A stretch of 29,347 nucleotides of DNA from a virus (lineage: Duplodnaviria; Caudoviricetes), in the IMG/VR virus record IMGVR_UViG_3300047279_000010, positions 1 to 29,347 of that record. One strand, 5' to 3'. Of the stretch, positions 8,474 through 17,950 are shown piece by piece. The translations under genes were made by a program, and so were the position numbers. The notes under the pieces were generated by a model that searched no databases, was not told the DNA's origin, and saw only the letters and a list, made by a program, of their open reading frames with translations. The stretch's first letter is position 1. Every line of letters starts with the position of its first letter.

Positions 8474-9424
8474 ATGGCTACCTATCAAACATATACCGCA
8501 ATCGGTATGCGTGAAGACCTCTCTGACGTTATCTATAACATCAGCCCCACAGACACACCTTTTATGTCTTCTATTGGCAAGACTAAAGCTACTGCTGTTT
8601 TGCACGAGTGGCAGACAGACAGCTTGGCTGCTGCAACTTTAGACAACTTCACAGTTGAGGGTGCAACAGCATCTGACGCTACTATGTCTCCAACAACTCG
8701 TGTTGGCAACCGCACTCAGATTGCACAGAAAACTATCAAGATTTCTGGCACTTTGCAGTCAGTTGACAAAGCTGGTCGTAAGTCTGAAAAGGCTTATCAG
8801 TTGGCTAAGGCTTCTAGCGAAATCAAGCGTGACATGGAGACAACCCTGTTGAGCAACCAAGTTGCTGCTAACGGCAATTCTTCTACTGCTCGTAAATTGG
8901 GTGGTCTGCAAGCATGGTTGAACTCTAACTATGATGGCGGTACTTCTGGCGTGGCTGGTGACTTGGGTACGACTGCTCGTACAAACGGCACAAACCGCAC
9001 TTTCACAGAAGATATCTTGAAGACTGTTATCCGTGAAGTTTACGCTTCTGGTGGCAATCCTAAAGTGTTGATGGTCAACCCTGCACACAAGCAATTGGTA
9101 TCTGCTTTTGCTGGTATCGCTGCACAGCGTTTCATGGCCCCATCAAACACACCTACCACAATCGTGGCTGCTGCTGATGTGTACATGAGCGATTTCGGTA
9201 CAGTTTCTGTTGTGCCTAACCGCTTCATGACTTCTACAAACTCATGTGATGATGTTGCATTTATTGTTGACCCAGACATGGCTGCTATCGCTTACTTGCG
9301 TCCTTTCCAGACCAATGAGTTGGCTGTAACTGGCGACAATGAGTCCACACAGTTGTTGGCTGAGTACACCTTGGAAGTTAAAAACCAAGCTGCTCACGGC
9401 ATTTTGGCTGACTTGACACCTTAA
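8474..9424 (+). CDS. Major capsid protein (DUF5309/SU10-like)
   Basis: REDLSDVIYNISPTDTPF, HEWQTDSL and EIKRDME motifs. Strong GGAG RBS, biased codons, followed by a terminator. Confidence 0.93.
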   Translation: MATYQTYTAIGMREDLSDVIYNISPTDTPFMSSIGKTKATAVLHEWQTDSLAAATLDNFTVEGATASDATMSPTTRVGNRTQIAQKTIKISGTLQSVDKAGRKSEKAYQLAKASSEIKRDMETTLLSNQVAANGNSSTARKLGGLQAWLNSNYDGGTSGVAGDLGTTARTNGTNRTFTEDILKTVIREVYASGGNPKVLMVNPAHKQLVSAFAGIAAQRFMAPSNTPTTIVAAADVYMSDFGTVSVVPNRFMTSTNSCDDVAFIVDPDMAAIAYLRPFQTNELAVTGDNESTQLLAEYTLEVKNQAAHGILADLTP

Positions 9425-9437
9425 TCTAAGGTAACCC

Positions 9438-9480
9438 AAAAAATGCCTCAGACTTAAACCTCTGGGGCATTTTCTTTTCT
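9438..9480 (+). terminator. Intrinsic terminator, possibly bidirectional
   Basis: A-run, stem ATGCCTCAGA / TCTGGGGCAT (9443-9470), then TTTCTTTTCT. Confidence 0.85.
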
Positions 9481-9488
9481 AGTCAAAC

Positions 9489-9497
9489 TGATAGAAT
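9489..9497 (+). promoter_or_regulatory. Extended -10 promoter, probably giving a leaderless mRNA
   Basis: TGA-TAGAAT. The ATG at 9504 is 7 nt after the hexamer and has no SD. Confidence 0.55.
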
Positions 9498-9503
9498 TGC
9501 ACT

Positions 9504-9809
9504 ATGGAAAACATTAGACAAACTGCTGTTCATGCCGATGGTCAAGGTGGCATCGTTATTCAGACTCGTCAGGACGTTACTGACATTGTTGAGCAGAATA
9601 AAAAAGAATATAACTTGTATGACGAGAGAGCAAGATGGTCTGACCAATTGTTTGGCAATAAAGTTGCGTCTATTCCTTTGACAGTCATTGATGACTTGAA
9701 CAAACAAGGAATCATGCGTGGTTATGCTGTTCTTGATGACAAGCGTTTTGCTGCTTGGTTAAATGACCCAATGAATCGTGCATGGCGCACTAGGACAGGA
9801 GTTGTATGA
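9504..9809 (+). CDS. Hypothetical protein downstream of the MCP
   Basis: KVASIP...WLNDP.N..WRT pattern. ATGA coupling to the next gene. Confidence 0.85.
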   Translation: MENIRQTAVHADGQGGIVIQTRQDVTDIVEQNKKEYNLYDERARWSDQLFGNKVASIPLTVIDDLNKQGIMRGYAVLDDKRFAAWLNDPMNRAWRTRTGVV

Positions 9810-10426
9810 GTTTTGCTACCTACTCTGATTTACAGACTTCAATAGCTAATTATTTGGCTAGGTCTGACCTGACAAGCATCATTCCAGACTTCATTACTTT
9901 GGCTGAGAATCGTTTGCGTAGAGAACTGCGTATTCGTCAGATGCTCAAGTCTGTAACAACTAGCACAGTCTCTGGTGATGCAACTGTAGAACTACCTAGC
10001 GACTTCCTAGAGATTCGTGACTTTGTTGTGATGACTAACCCAATTCAACCATTGAGTTACTCTAGTCCATCATCGTTATCTAATGACTTGAGAACATCAG
10101 AAGTTGGTGTTCCTTTGTCTTACACAATTCTTGCTAGTGAGTTTCAATTAGCACCTGCACCTGATGGCATCTACACATTAAAGATGCTCTACTTTGCTGC
10201 GCCTCCATACCTGTCAAGTAGTAATGCTTCTAATGTATTTCTAAATGTTGCACCTGATGGTTTGCTGTATGGCGCATTGGTTGAAGCAGAGCCTTATCTA
10301 ATGAACGATGCTCGAATCAATACATGGGGTTCTATGTATGACAGGGCAATCACATCTCTCACCAAGTCTGATGAAGAAGGTCAATACTCTGGTGTTCCGT
10401 TAGCAATGAAATTAACTGCAAGGTGA
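9806..10426 (+). CDS. Head-tail adaptor protein (putative)
   Basis: TYSDLQTSIANYLAR..IPDFITLAE..PDGLLYGALVEA, and gene position. Confidence 0.75.
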   Translation: MSFATYSDLQTSIANYLARSDLTSIIPDFITLAENRLRRELRIRQMLKSVTTSTVSGDATVELPSDFLEIRDFVVMTNPIQPLSYSSPSSLSNDLRTSEVGVPLSYTILASEFQLAPAPDGIYTLKMLYFAAPPYLSSSNASNVFLNVAPDGLLYGALVEAEPYLMNDARINTWGSMYDRAITSLTKSDEEGQYSGVPLAMKLTAR

Positions 10427-10430
10427 AAAT

Positions 10431-10817
10431 ATGGCTGAAATGTCCAACTACTTAGAAAATGCTCTTATCAATGTTACGTTGAGAGCAACTAGCTACACAG
10501 CACCTACGACTGTGTACTTAGCACTTTATACAACTGACCCAACTGACGCTGACACAGGTACAGAAGTATCTGGAACTAGCTATGCTCGTCAGTCAATTAC
10601 ATTTGGTGCGCCTAGCAATGGTGCAACTACCAACTCTGCTGCTATTGAGTTTCCTCAAGCTGGTGGCTCATGGGGTACTGTTGCCTATGTTGGTATCCGT
10701 GATGCTTCTACAGCAGGTAATCTGTTGTATCACACACCACTAGACGCATCTAAGACTATTGCAACTGGCGATGTGTTCCGCATTGCTGTTGGTTCATTGA
10801 GCGTTACTTTGGCGTGA
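10431..10817 (+). CDS. Virion structural (tail-associated) protein
   Basis: SNYLENAL, YLALYTTDP, EVSGTSYARQ and GNLLY motifs. Beta-rich. Confidence 0.75.
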   Translation: MAEMSNYLENALINVTLRATSYTAPTTVYLALYTTDPTDADTGTEVSGTSYARQSITFGAPSNGATTNSAAIEFPQAGGSWGTVAYVGIRDASTAGNLLYHTPLDASKTIATGDVFRIAVGSLSVTLA

Positions 10818-10818
10818 G

Positions 10819-11709
10819 ATGGCTGACTTACTGCCTCCGTGGACGATTGACTCGCTAGACCAATTAAAGTCTAGCATTGATGACTTAACACTCACACTCG
10901 ATAGTCCACTTTATGAAACCTCTGTAACCCTATGGGATGCCTATGGGTCTGTAACTGCGTCTGCAAGCGTTATAGCCGATGGTACGAGGGTTCAGTTTGG
11001 TTCTGGGGCGGTAAACGGCACAGCAACTTTTACAGCAGATGCAGTAAGGGTTCAATACGCTAGTGCAAGCATTGAATGTTCTGCTGGTGCTTCATGTGAA
11101 GGCATTAGGGTACAGAACGCTACAGTTGGAATAGACGCAGTAGCAATCGTTATCTGCGATGCTATCCGTGTTCAGTTTGCTAGTGCAAGCGTTACCTGTA
11201 GTGCTGATGTAACTGCTGTTGGTGGCATCATCAAGGATGGCGTAGCCTCCGTTACTTGCGTAGCTTTAGTTGTCGCAAATGGCGGTATTGTCGCTGAAGG
11301 TGTCGCAAGTGTTACTGGTAGTGCAACAGTAAGCGCAACAAGTATTCGTGTTCAAAATGCTGTTGGCAACATAAATGCTACAGCGACAGTAACGGCTGAA
11401 GCAATCAGGGTTAGAGATTCTGTAGCAAGCGTTACAGGTAATGCTAATGTTGTCGCTAGTGCGTCTGCAATATATGCAGGGGCAGCCTCGGTATCAGGTC
11501 TAGCAACGATTGTGGCTAAAGGCGTTATTCTTGGTGATAACTGGACTCCTGTTGTCGTAGATGACAACACTTGGACACCAGTTTCTACTGATAGCAATAC
11601 ATGGACTGCTGTTTCTGGCGACACAAACACATGGACTCCAGTTGCTGCTAACGACAACGATTGGACAACTCAGGCTCAAGGAAGTAATACATGGCTACGA
11701 CAAAACTAA
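10819..11709 (+). CDS. Repeat-rich virion structural protein
   Basis: About nine 20-aa Ala/Val/Ser/Thr repeats (RVQ spacing) and five 10-aa NTWT repeats. Confidence 0.8.
   Translation: MADLLPPWTIDSLDQLKSSIDDLTLTLDSPLYETSVTLWDAYGSVTASASVIADGTRVQFGSGAVNGTATFTADAVRVQYASASIECSAGASCEGIRVQNATVGIDAVAIVICDAIRVQFASASVTCSADVTAVGGIIKDGVASVTCVALVVANGGIVAEGVASVTGSATVSATSIRVQNAVGNINATATVTAEAIRVRDSVASVTGNANVVASASAIYAGAASVSGLATIVAKGVILGDNWTPVVVDDNTWTPVSTDSNTWTAVSGDTNTWTPVAANDNDWTTQAQGSNTWLRQN
11536..11697 (+). repeat. 30-bp coding tandem repeat (NTWTxV)
   Basis: DNWTPVVVDDNTWTPVSTDSNTWTAVSGDTNTWTPVAANDNDWTTQAQGSNTW. Confidence 0.8.
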
Positions 11710-13130
11710 CTTTCGGTGAGTGGATGCCTGACCAGCCTAGCGTATCAGGTGCGTTGACTGACGCTAAGAACGTGGTTTCTCAGGCTATCGGGTATGGCCC
11801 TTTTCCCACTCCTGTGACGTTCTCAACAAGTAACGCTGCTGAAGACTTAACTTCTCTTTATGCTGCCAAGCAACCCAATGGTGATACTGCTTTGTTTGCT
11901 GCTGGTTCAACTAAGATTTATACAGTAAGTGGTGTAGGTGTTATCAATCAGGTTAAAACTGGCATGACAACTGGTGCTAATGATAGGGTTCGTTTTACTC
12001 AGTTTGGTAAAACTGTAATCACTACAAACAATGCTGAGAAACTCCAAGCATGGACGCTAGGAACATCTACATCGTTTGCTGACTTATCTGCTAGTGCGCC
12101 TATTGCTAAGTTTATTACTGTGGTGCGTGATTTTGTCGTGTGTGCAAATACGCTAGAAACGACACAACAGCAGTATCGTGTACGTTGGTCAGCATTAAAT
12201 AACGAGACAGATTGGGTTGAGGATGTAAACACACAGTCTGATTATCAGGACATTCCTGATGGTGGACAGATTGTAGGAATCCGTGGTGGTGAGTTTGGTC
12301 TTGTTCTTTTGGAAAGAGCCATTCACCGAATGACCTATGTAGGTACTCCGTTTATTTTCCAGTTTGACAACATCTCTCGTGGTAAGGGCTGCATGGCTTC
12401 TGGCTCTATTGCTCAGTACCAAGGTGTTACTTTCTTCTTGTCTGACGATGGCTTTTATATGTGTGATGGACAGAACGTCACGGCTATTGGCGCAGAAAAG
12501 ATAGATAGATTTTTCTTACAAGACGCTTCTGAATCTGATTTCAAAACCATGTCTGCTGCTGTTGACCCTATCCGCAAACTTGTAATCTGGAATTACAAAA
12601 CTGTTAACGGAAACAGAAGCGTACTGATTTATAACTTTAAGACCCAGAAGTGGACTTATGGGGATGCAGGGACTGACTTCTTGTCTGAAGCCTCTACCTC
12701 GTCTGTAACGCTTGAGCAGTTGGACAGTCTTTCTGCTTCTATTGATGCCTTAACCACAAGTTTAGACTCACAGTTGTTTATTGGTGGTAAGTATTTCTTA
12801 GGTGGCACTTTAGCCACTCGTGTGATGAGTTTTACAGGTGCTAACCAAACAGCCGTGATTTCTACTGGAGACTTGGATATTGGTGCTAACTCAGTAGTAA
12901 CCCTAGCTAGACCTATTGTTGATAATGGCTCTGCAACTGTGGCTATTGCTTCTCGTACCCTGTTAAACCAAGGTGTGAATTTTAATACTGCGGTAGCGGC
13001 TAGTTCAGAGAATCGTGTACCACTTAGAAGTGCAGGTAGATACCACAGGCTAAAAGTGACTCCGACAGGTGATAACTGGAATAACGCTATCTCCGTGGAT
13101 GTGGATGTAACACCACAAGGGGTTCGCTGA
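11691..13130 (+). CDS. Tail hub / DNA stabilisation protein (P22 gp10-like)
   Basis: 479 aa beta-propeller-like. RVRWS, GC...SI and FFLSDDGFY motifs, and gene position. Confidence 0.8.
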   Translation: MATTKLTFGEWMPDQPSVSGALTDAKNVVSQAIGYGPFPTPVTFSTSNAAEDLTSLYAAKQPNGDTALFAAGSTKIYTVSGVGVINQVKTGMTTGANDRVRFTQFGKTVITTNNAEKLQAWTLGTSTSFADLSASAPIAKFITVVRDFVVCANTLETTQQQYRVRWSALNNETDWVEDVNTQSDYQDIPDGGQIVGIRGGEFGLVLLERAIHRMTYVGTPFIFQFDNISRGKGCMASGSIAQYQGVTFFLSDDGFYMCDGQNVTAIGAEKIDRFFLQDASESDFKTMSAAVDPIRKLVIWNYKTVNGNRSVLIYNFKTQKWTYGDAGTDFLSEASTSSVTLEQLDSLSASIDALTTSLDSQLFIGGKYFLGGTLATRVMSFTGANQTAVISTGDLDIGANSVVTLARPIVDNGSATVAIASRTLLNQGVNFNTAVAASSENRVPLRSAGRYHRLKVTPTGDNWNNAISVDVDVTPQGVR

Positions 13131-13915
13131 TGTTTAGAAGCCTACCTGCATTTGGTGGTGACCAGAGGGCTGTGGCTGAAGTAGTCCGTGGCATCATGGA
13201 CGGAAAGACCAATAACACAGGGACTTTGACTCTGGCAACAGGTGGGGCTTTAACTACCACTCTGACAGACCGAAGGATAGGCCCAGATAGCGTAATCCTA
13301 TTTGTCCCTATCTCTAGTGCTTCTTTTGCTGATTCTGCGCCTTATGGGGCTTTTCAAGACTCTACAGACCAGACTGCTGCTAGTACGACTGATGCTTACG
13401 CCATTACTTTTGATACTACTGATTACTCTAATGGAGTAACTTTATCCAATAGTTCTAGGTTAAATGTAAAAAACGCAGGACTCTACAACTTACAGTTTTC
13501 CATTCAGTTTAAGAACACCACAAGCGATGGTCAAGATGTGGATGTTTGGTTTCGTAAGAATGGAACAAATATCGCAAACTCAAACAGTAGATTTCACCCT
13601 CCTCCAAGGAAAGGTTCTGGTGACCCAAGTCATATCATTGCTGCATTGAATTTCTTTATTGACATGGCTGCTAATGATTATGTTGAGATTGTGTGGAGAA
13701 CTGAAAATACTGGCGTAAGTATTGAGCATTTTGGGACAAGCACAAGCCCGACAAGACCTGCTGTGCCATCAGTCATAGCTACTATGAATTTAGTAGGCGG
13801 TGGTGCTACTTTTAATGGTATTTACGCTAGTTCCCAAGGACAGGGAACAGCTACGATTACCCACTTTGCCAATTCAAATGCAAATAAGACGTATAGATAT
13901 GCAATTATTGGTTGA
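13130..13915 (+). CDS. Tail-associated protein with C1q/BclA-like jelly-roll segment
   Basis: YGAF..AITFDTT..AGLYNLQFSIQF..WFRKNG..ANDYVEI pattern. Confidence 0.7.
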   Translation: MFRSLPAFGGDQRAVAEVVRGIMDGKTNNTGTLTLATGGALTTTLTDRRIGPDSVILFVPISSASFADSAPYGAFQDSTDQTAASTTDAYAITFDTTDYSNGVTLSNSSRLNVKNAGLYNLQFSIQFKNTTSDGQDVDVWFRKNGTNIANSNSRFHPPPRKGSGDPSHIIAALNFFIDMAANDYVEIVWRTENTGVSIEHFGTSTSPTRPAVPSVIATMNLVGGGATFNGIYASSQGQGTATITHFANSNANKTYRYAIIG

Positions 13916-13964
13916 TTTTGATTATTTATGTATAATGTATTCCGTGGATGACCCATCTCGGAAT
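13908..13964 (+). promoter_or_regulatory. Putative sigma70 promoter and hairpin for the ejection-protein genes
   Basis: TTGGTT-17 nt-TATAAT (13931-13936); ATTCCG..CGGAAT hairpin; AGGAG RBS. Confidence 0.55.
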
Positions 13965-13984
13965 CCGAACTTTTAGGAGTAAAG

Positions 13985-14905
13985 ATGGCTACTACTACCA
14001 CATCCACAGTCGCACCAGAAATTGCACCATATCTGACGTATGGTTTGCAACAGGCATCTGGTCTATATCAAGGCGGTGGCCCACAATACTACACAGGCGA
14101 AACCTTTGTAGCACCTTCCCAGACTACACAAGCTGGCGTTCAAGCCTTAGAGACTCGTGCTTTAGCAGGTAACCCTTTAACTGGACTTGCTCAACAACAA
14201 TTACAAGGTACTTTAGGCGGTGCTTATCTGGGTGGTAATCCATTCTTTCAAGGTGCATTTGCGCCAGCAGCACAAGCGGCTCAGACTCAGTTTCAAAGCA
14301 CATTAGGCGACATTGCATCTAAGTCTAGCCTAGCAGGTCGTTATGGTTCTGGTGCTATGGGTAACCTACAAGATAGGGCTTCTGGTCAGTATGCTCAAGC
14401 ATTGACTAACACAGCAGGTCAACTGGCTTACCAGAACTATGAAGCAGAGCGTCAGCGTCAGCAACAGGCTATTGGTGCTGCGCCTCAGTTGGCTCAAGCT
14501 GATTACCAAGACATTAACCAGTTGTTGCAAGCTGGTCAGTTGCGTGAAGGTTATACAGGTCAACAGTTGGGTGCTGATATTCAGCGTTTCAACTTCTTGC
14601 AAAACCAACCACAACAGAACTTGCAAAACTATATGTCATTGGTGTATGGCAACCCATTAGGACGAGTTGGTTCTACTACTGCCGCTGGCTCTGCTGATAC
14701 TTCTACCTTGCAGAAGGTATTAGGTACGGCTGCTACTGCGGCTGGTGTTTATAAGAATTTGGGTTCACCTAATCTAAGTTATATAAATCCATTTAGTTCA
14801 AGTTTTCTTGGTGGTGCTTTTAGTTCTGCGCCTAACATGGGAACTATTAACACTAATATGCAACCATTTGGTCAACAATCCTACAATGGCATCGTTTACG
14901 ATTGA
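13985..14905 (+). CDS. Putative DNA ejection / pilot protein
   Basis: Gln/Gly/Ala-rich helical protein with AGRYGSG motif, at the position of podovirus internal proteins. Confidence 0.7.
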   Translation: MATTTTSTVAPEIAPYLTYGLQQASGLYQGGGPQYYTGETFVAPSQTTQAGVQALETRALAGNPLTGLAQQQLQGTLGGAYLGGNPFFQGAFAPAAQAAQTQFQSTLGDIASKSSLAGRYGSGAMGNLQDRASGQYAQALTNTAGQLAYQNYEAERQRQQQAIGAAPQLAQADYQDINQLLQAGQLREGYTGQQLGADIQRFNFLQNQPQQNLQNYMSLVYGNPLGRVGSTTAAGSADTSTLQKVLGTAATAAGVYKNLGSPNLSYINPFSSSFLGGAFSSAPNMGTINTNMQPFGQQSYNGIVYD

Positions 14906-14911
14906 TAAATT

Positions 14912-16315
14912 ATGGCTGGACTATTAGACATTTTTGGAACTAGCGGTGCAGACACAATGGGTCTGCTTGGTATGTCACAAGCTGACATTGCTCGTAATCG
15001 TGACGATGCACAAGCACAAGCCTTGTATGCCCTAGCAGGGCGTTTATTCCAAGGCGGTAACACAGGTCAGTCTATTGCTGAAGGCTTGCAACTTGGTCAG
15101 AGAGCCTATAAGGGCGGTATGAACGAGGCTATGCAAAGCCAGTTGCAGAATGTTCAATTGCAAGATATGTTGCGTAAGCGTAAAGAAGATGAAGCAAGGC
15201 GTGAGCAAGAAAAACAAATGCGTTTACTTGCACCACAAATCTTTACCACTACAACTACGCCAGAACAAGTTACTTACGAAGGCGTACCAAGCCAATTCCC
15301 TGCTCGTGATGATGAAGGTAACTTAATGCCAAACATGGCTGTAAGACCTGCTCAGACTACACGCTCTGTTGACACCAATAAGCTACAAGCCTTGGCTATG
15401 TTGTCTCCTGACCCATTAACATCTTTAGCAAGCATGGCTAAACTTGTTCCTGACTTGCGTAAAGCAGGATTTATTGGTGCTAGTCAACAAGAAGATAACC
15501 CATTTGCTGTTTATTTGGCAGACCCTAATTTGCCAGCTAGCCTTAAACCAATTGTTCAGCAATATTCAAAAACTTGGCAGAATTTAGACCCTGCTGTTGT
15601 TGATACTCGTGTTGCACAAGTTGGTCAAATGATACAAAAGCAAGCAGATTTCCAACAAGTTCAAACACAAGTTAAGGCTCAACAAGATACTTTAAATGCT
15701 TTTAAACAGCAAGGTCTTACACAAAGTGCTGAAGCTAAAGCATTGACAGCAAGCATTGCACTTGGTAATCAACAAATTGCTCGTATGCTTGCAGAGCAAA
15801 AACTTGATGCTGCTAAGAATAAACCTTTGCCAGCAAGTTTACAGAAATCCGAAGACGAAGATTTGCAAGCTATCAATAGCTACAAAGCTACACAGAAAGA
15901 GTTGTTCTCTCCAATTAAAGCATTGACTCCAGACCCTGTTACTAAGAAATCAATGTTGGTGCTTGGCCCTGTCCAGAACTTGCGCTACGAAGCGGCTAAC
16001 TTAACTGGTGACTCAACTGAAGCAAGTCGTGCTTATGCAGATTTGCAATCATCAGTCAAAAATGCAGTTAACTTAAAAGTTAGTGCAGAAAAAGGCGTAC
16101 AGACAGATAAGGATGTATTGCGTTTTGCTAATGCTTTGATTGCTGCATCTGGTAAGAATGACACTAAAGCAACATTGGAAGCATTGAATAAATTTAATGA
16201 ATCAATTGCTACTGCACAAGAAAATACAGTAAAACTTATTGACCAGCGCAGAAGGTCTCAGGGTGTATCTCCTTTATTTGGTGATACAGGTAGAAATGTT
16301 AATGTGAACTACTAA
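14912..16315 (+). CDS. Putative DNA ejection protein
   Basis: MAGLLD start, helical Gln-rich, gene position. Confidence 0.65.
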   Translation: MAGLLDIFGTSGADTMGLLGMSQADIARNRDDAQAQALYALAGRLFQGGNTGQSIAEGLQLGQRAYKGGMNEAMQSQLQNVQLQDMLRKRKEDEARREQEKQMRLLAPQIFTTTTTPEQVTYEGVPSQFPARDDEGNLMPNMAVRPAQTTRSVDTNKLQALAMLSPDPLTSLASMAKLVPDLRKAGFIGASQQEDNPFAVYLADPNLPASLKPIVQQYSKTWQNLDPAVVDTRVAQVGQMIQKQADFQQVQTQVKAQQDTLNAFKQQGLTQSAEAKALTASIALGNQQIARMLAEQKLDAAKNKPLPASLQKSEDEDLQAINSYKATQKELFSPIKALTPDPVTKKSMLVLGPVQNLRYEAANLTGDSTEASRAYADLQSSVKNAVNLKVSAEKGVQTDKDVLRFANALIAASGKNDTKATLEALNKFNESIATAQENTVKLIDQRRRSQGVSPLFGDTGRNVNVNY

Positions 16316-16316
16316 T

Positions 16317-17942
16317 ATGCCATATTCCATTACTACAAAAGACGGAATTACGATTCCAGACATTCCTGATGATGTTGCACCAGATGCACCAGAATTAAAG
16401 GCAATGGTTGATAGAATTCGTGCAGGTCAAAAGCCTACTGAAAAGCCTATGGCTTCTGCTCAACCACAACTATCTGCTGCTGATGTAGCGGTTAGTGCTG
16501 TAAAGAACTTTCCTAGTTCTGTTGGCTCAATGCTTGGTGATATATATCAAGCGGTATCTAGCCCTGTTCAAACAACTAAAGCAGTTTTAGACCTTGGTGC
16601 TGGCATATTGCAAAACGCATTGCCAGAGCGTTTAGTTCAAGCTGTAGGTGAAGACAAAGCTAGTCGTGATTTAGCGGCTAAAGTTGGTCAGCACTATGTA
16701 GAGCGTTATGGTAGCGTAGAAGGTGCTAAACGAGCATTGGCTACTGACCCTGCTGGAGTTATGGCTGACCTATCTACTGTCCTTACAGGCGGTGCTATGT
16801 TGCCTACTAGGGCTGCTCCTGCATTGGCTACTGCTGCTCGTGCTGTTGACCCTTTGATGTTAGCTGCTCGTACTACTGGAAAAACACTTGATGTTTTGGG
16901 TGGTGCTACTAAGGCTGGTCTTGGGTTGCAAACTGGCGTAGGTTCAGAGGCTATTGGTCAGGCTTACCAAGCTGGTAAAACTGGCGGTGAAATGTCTGAC
17001 TTGTTTAAGGCTAACTTGCGTGGTGAAGTACCACAATTAGAAGTTCTTGATGCTGCCAAACAAAACTTAGCTGAAATGGCTATTGAAAGACAGCGCATTT
17101 ATCGTGAAGGCATGAAGAACATTAAGGGCGATAAAACAATCCTTTCGCTTACTGGTGTAGATAACGCTGTTAAGCAAGCCTTAAATAAGATTACTTTTAA
17201 AGGTCAAGTTAAGAATGAAGTTGCTTTTGAAAGATTATCAGAAGCACAAGCTAAAGTAGATGCTTGGAAAAAACTAGACCCTGTTCAGTTTCATACGCCA
17301 GAAGGCTTAGATGCTTTAAAACAGCAGATTGGCGATATTCTTGAGAAGATTCCTTACGAGCAAAAGACTGCTTTAAATTCAGTCAATGAAGTCTATAACG
17401 GAATTAAGTCTGAGATTGTTAAACAAGCACCAACTTATTCAAAAACAATGAAGTCGTATTCTGATGCAACAGATACGATTCGTGAGATTGAAAAGGCTTT
17501 GTCTCTTAACAATAAAGCATCAGCAGATACAGCAATGCGTAAGTTGCAGTCTTTGATGCGTAACAATGTTAATACAAACTATGGTCAACGATTAAATCTT
17601 GCTAGAGAACTTGAGCAAGCTGGTGGCAGACAAATGATGCCAGCATTGGCAGGTCAAGCACTTTCTGAGTGGACTCCAAGAGGCTTGCAAAGGGCTACAT
17701 CTATTCCTACTGCGTTTTTAGCGCAAGGTGTTGGTGGATTGCCACTTGCAGGTGCTTCATTGGCTACTTCATCTCCTCGTTTGATGGGTGAGGCTGCTTT
17801 TGGTGCAGGTCGTGTCGCTAAAGGTTTGCTTGACGTACAGAACAGGATGCCAGATATAGACTATCCCACAATGTTCAATTTGCTTTATCAAGCTGAACAA
17901 CCAAGAAAAATTGACCTGCGTGGTCTAGCTATTCCCGACTAA
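16317..17942 (+). CDS. Putative large DNA ejection protein
   Basis: Helical Ala-rich with C-terminal SSPRLMGEAA, last of three internal-protein-like genes. Confidence 0.65.
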   Translation: MPYSITTKDGITIPDIPDDVAPDAPELKAMVDRIRAGQKPTEKPMASAQPQLSAADVAVSAVKNFPSSVGSMLGDIYQAVSSPVQTTKAVLDLGAGILQNALPERLVQAVGEDKASRDLAAKVGQHYVERYGSVEGAKRALATDPAGVMADLSTVLTGGAMLPTRAAPALATAARAVDPLMLAARTTGKTLDVLGGATKAGLGLQTGVGSEAIGQAYQAGKTGGEMSDLFKANLRGEVPQLEVLDAAKQNLAEMAIERQRIYREGMKNIKGDKTILSLTGVDNAVKQALNKITFKGQVKNEVAFERLSEAQAKVDAWKKLDPVQFHTPEGLDALKQQIGDILEKIPYEQKTALNSVNEVYNGIKSEIVKQAPTYSKTMKSYSDATDTIREIEKALSLNNKASADTAMRKLQSLMRNNVNTNYGQRLNLARELEQAGGRQMMPALAGQALSEWTPRGLQRATSIPTAFLAQGVGGLPLAGASLATSSPRLMGEAAFGAGRVAKGLLDVQNRMPDIDYPTMFNLLYQAEQPRKIDLRGLAIPD

Positions 17943-17950
17943 GGATTTAT

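Noticed and set aside
11536-11697. CRISPR-like 30-bp periodicity
   Set aside because: Degenerate coding repeats without spacers, and no cas genes.
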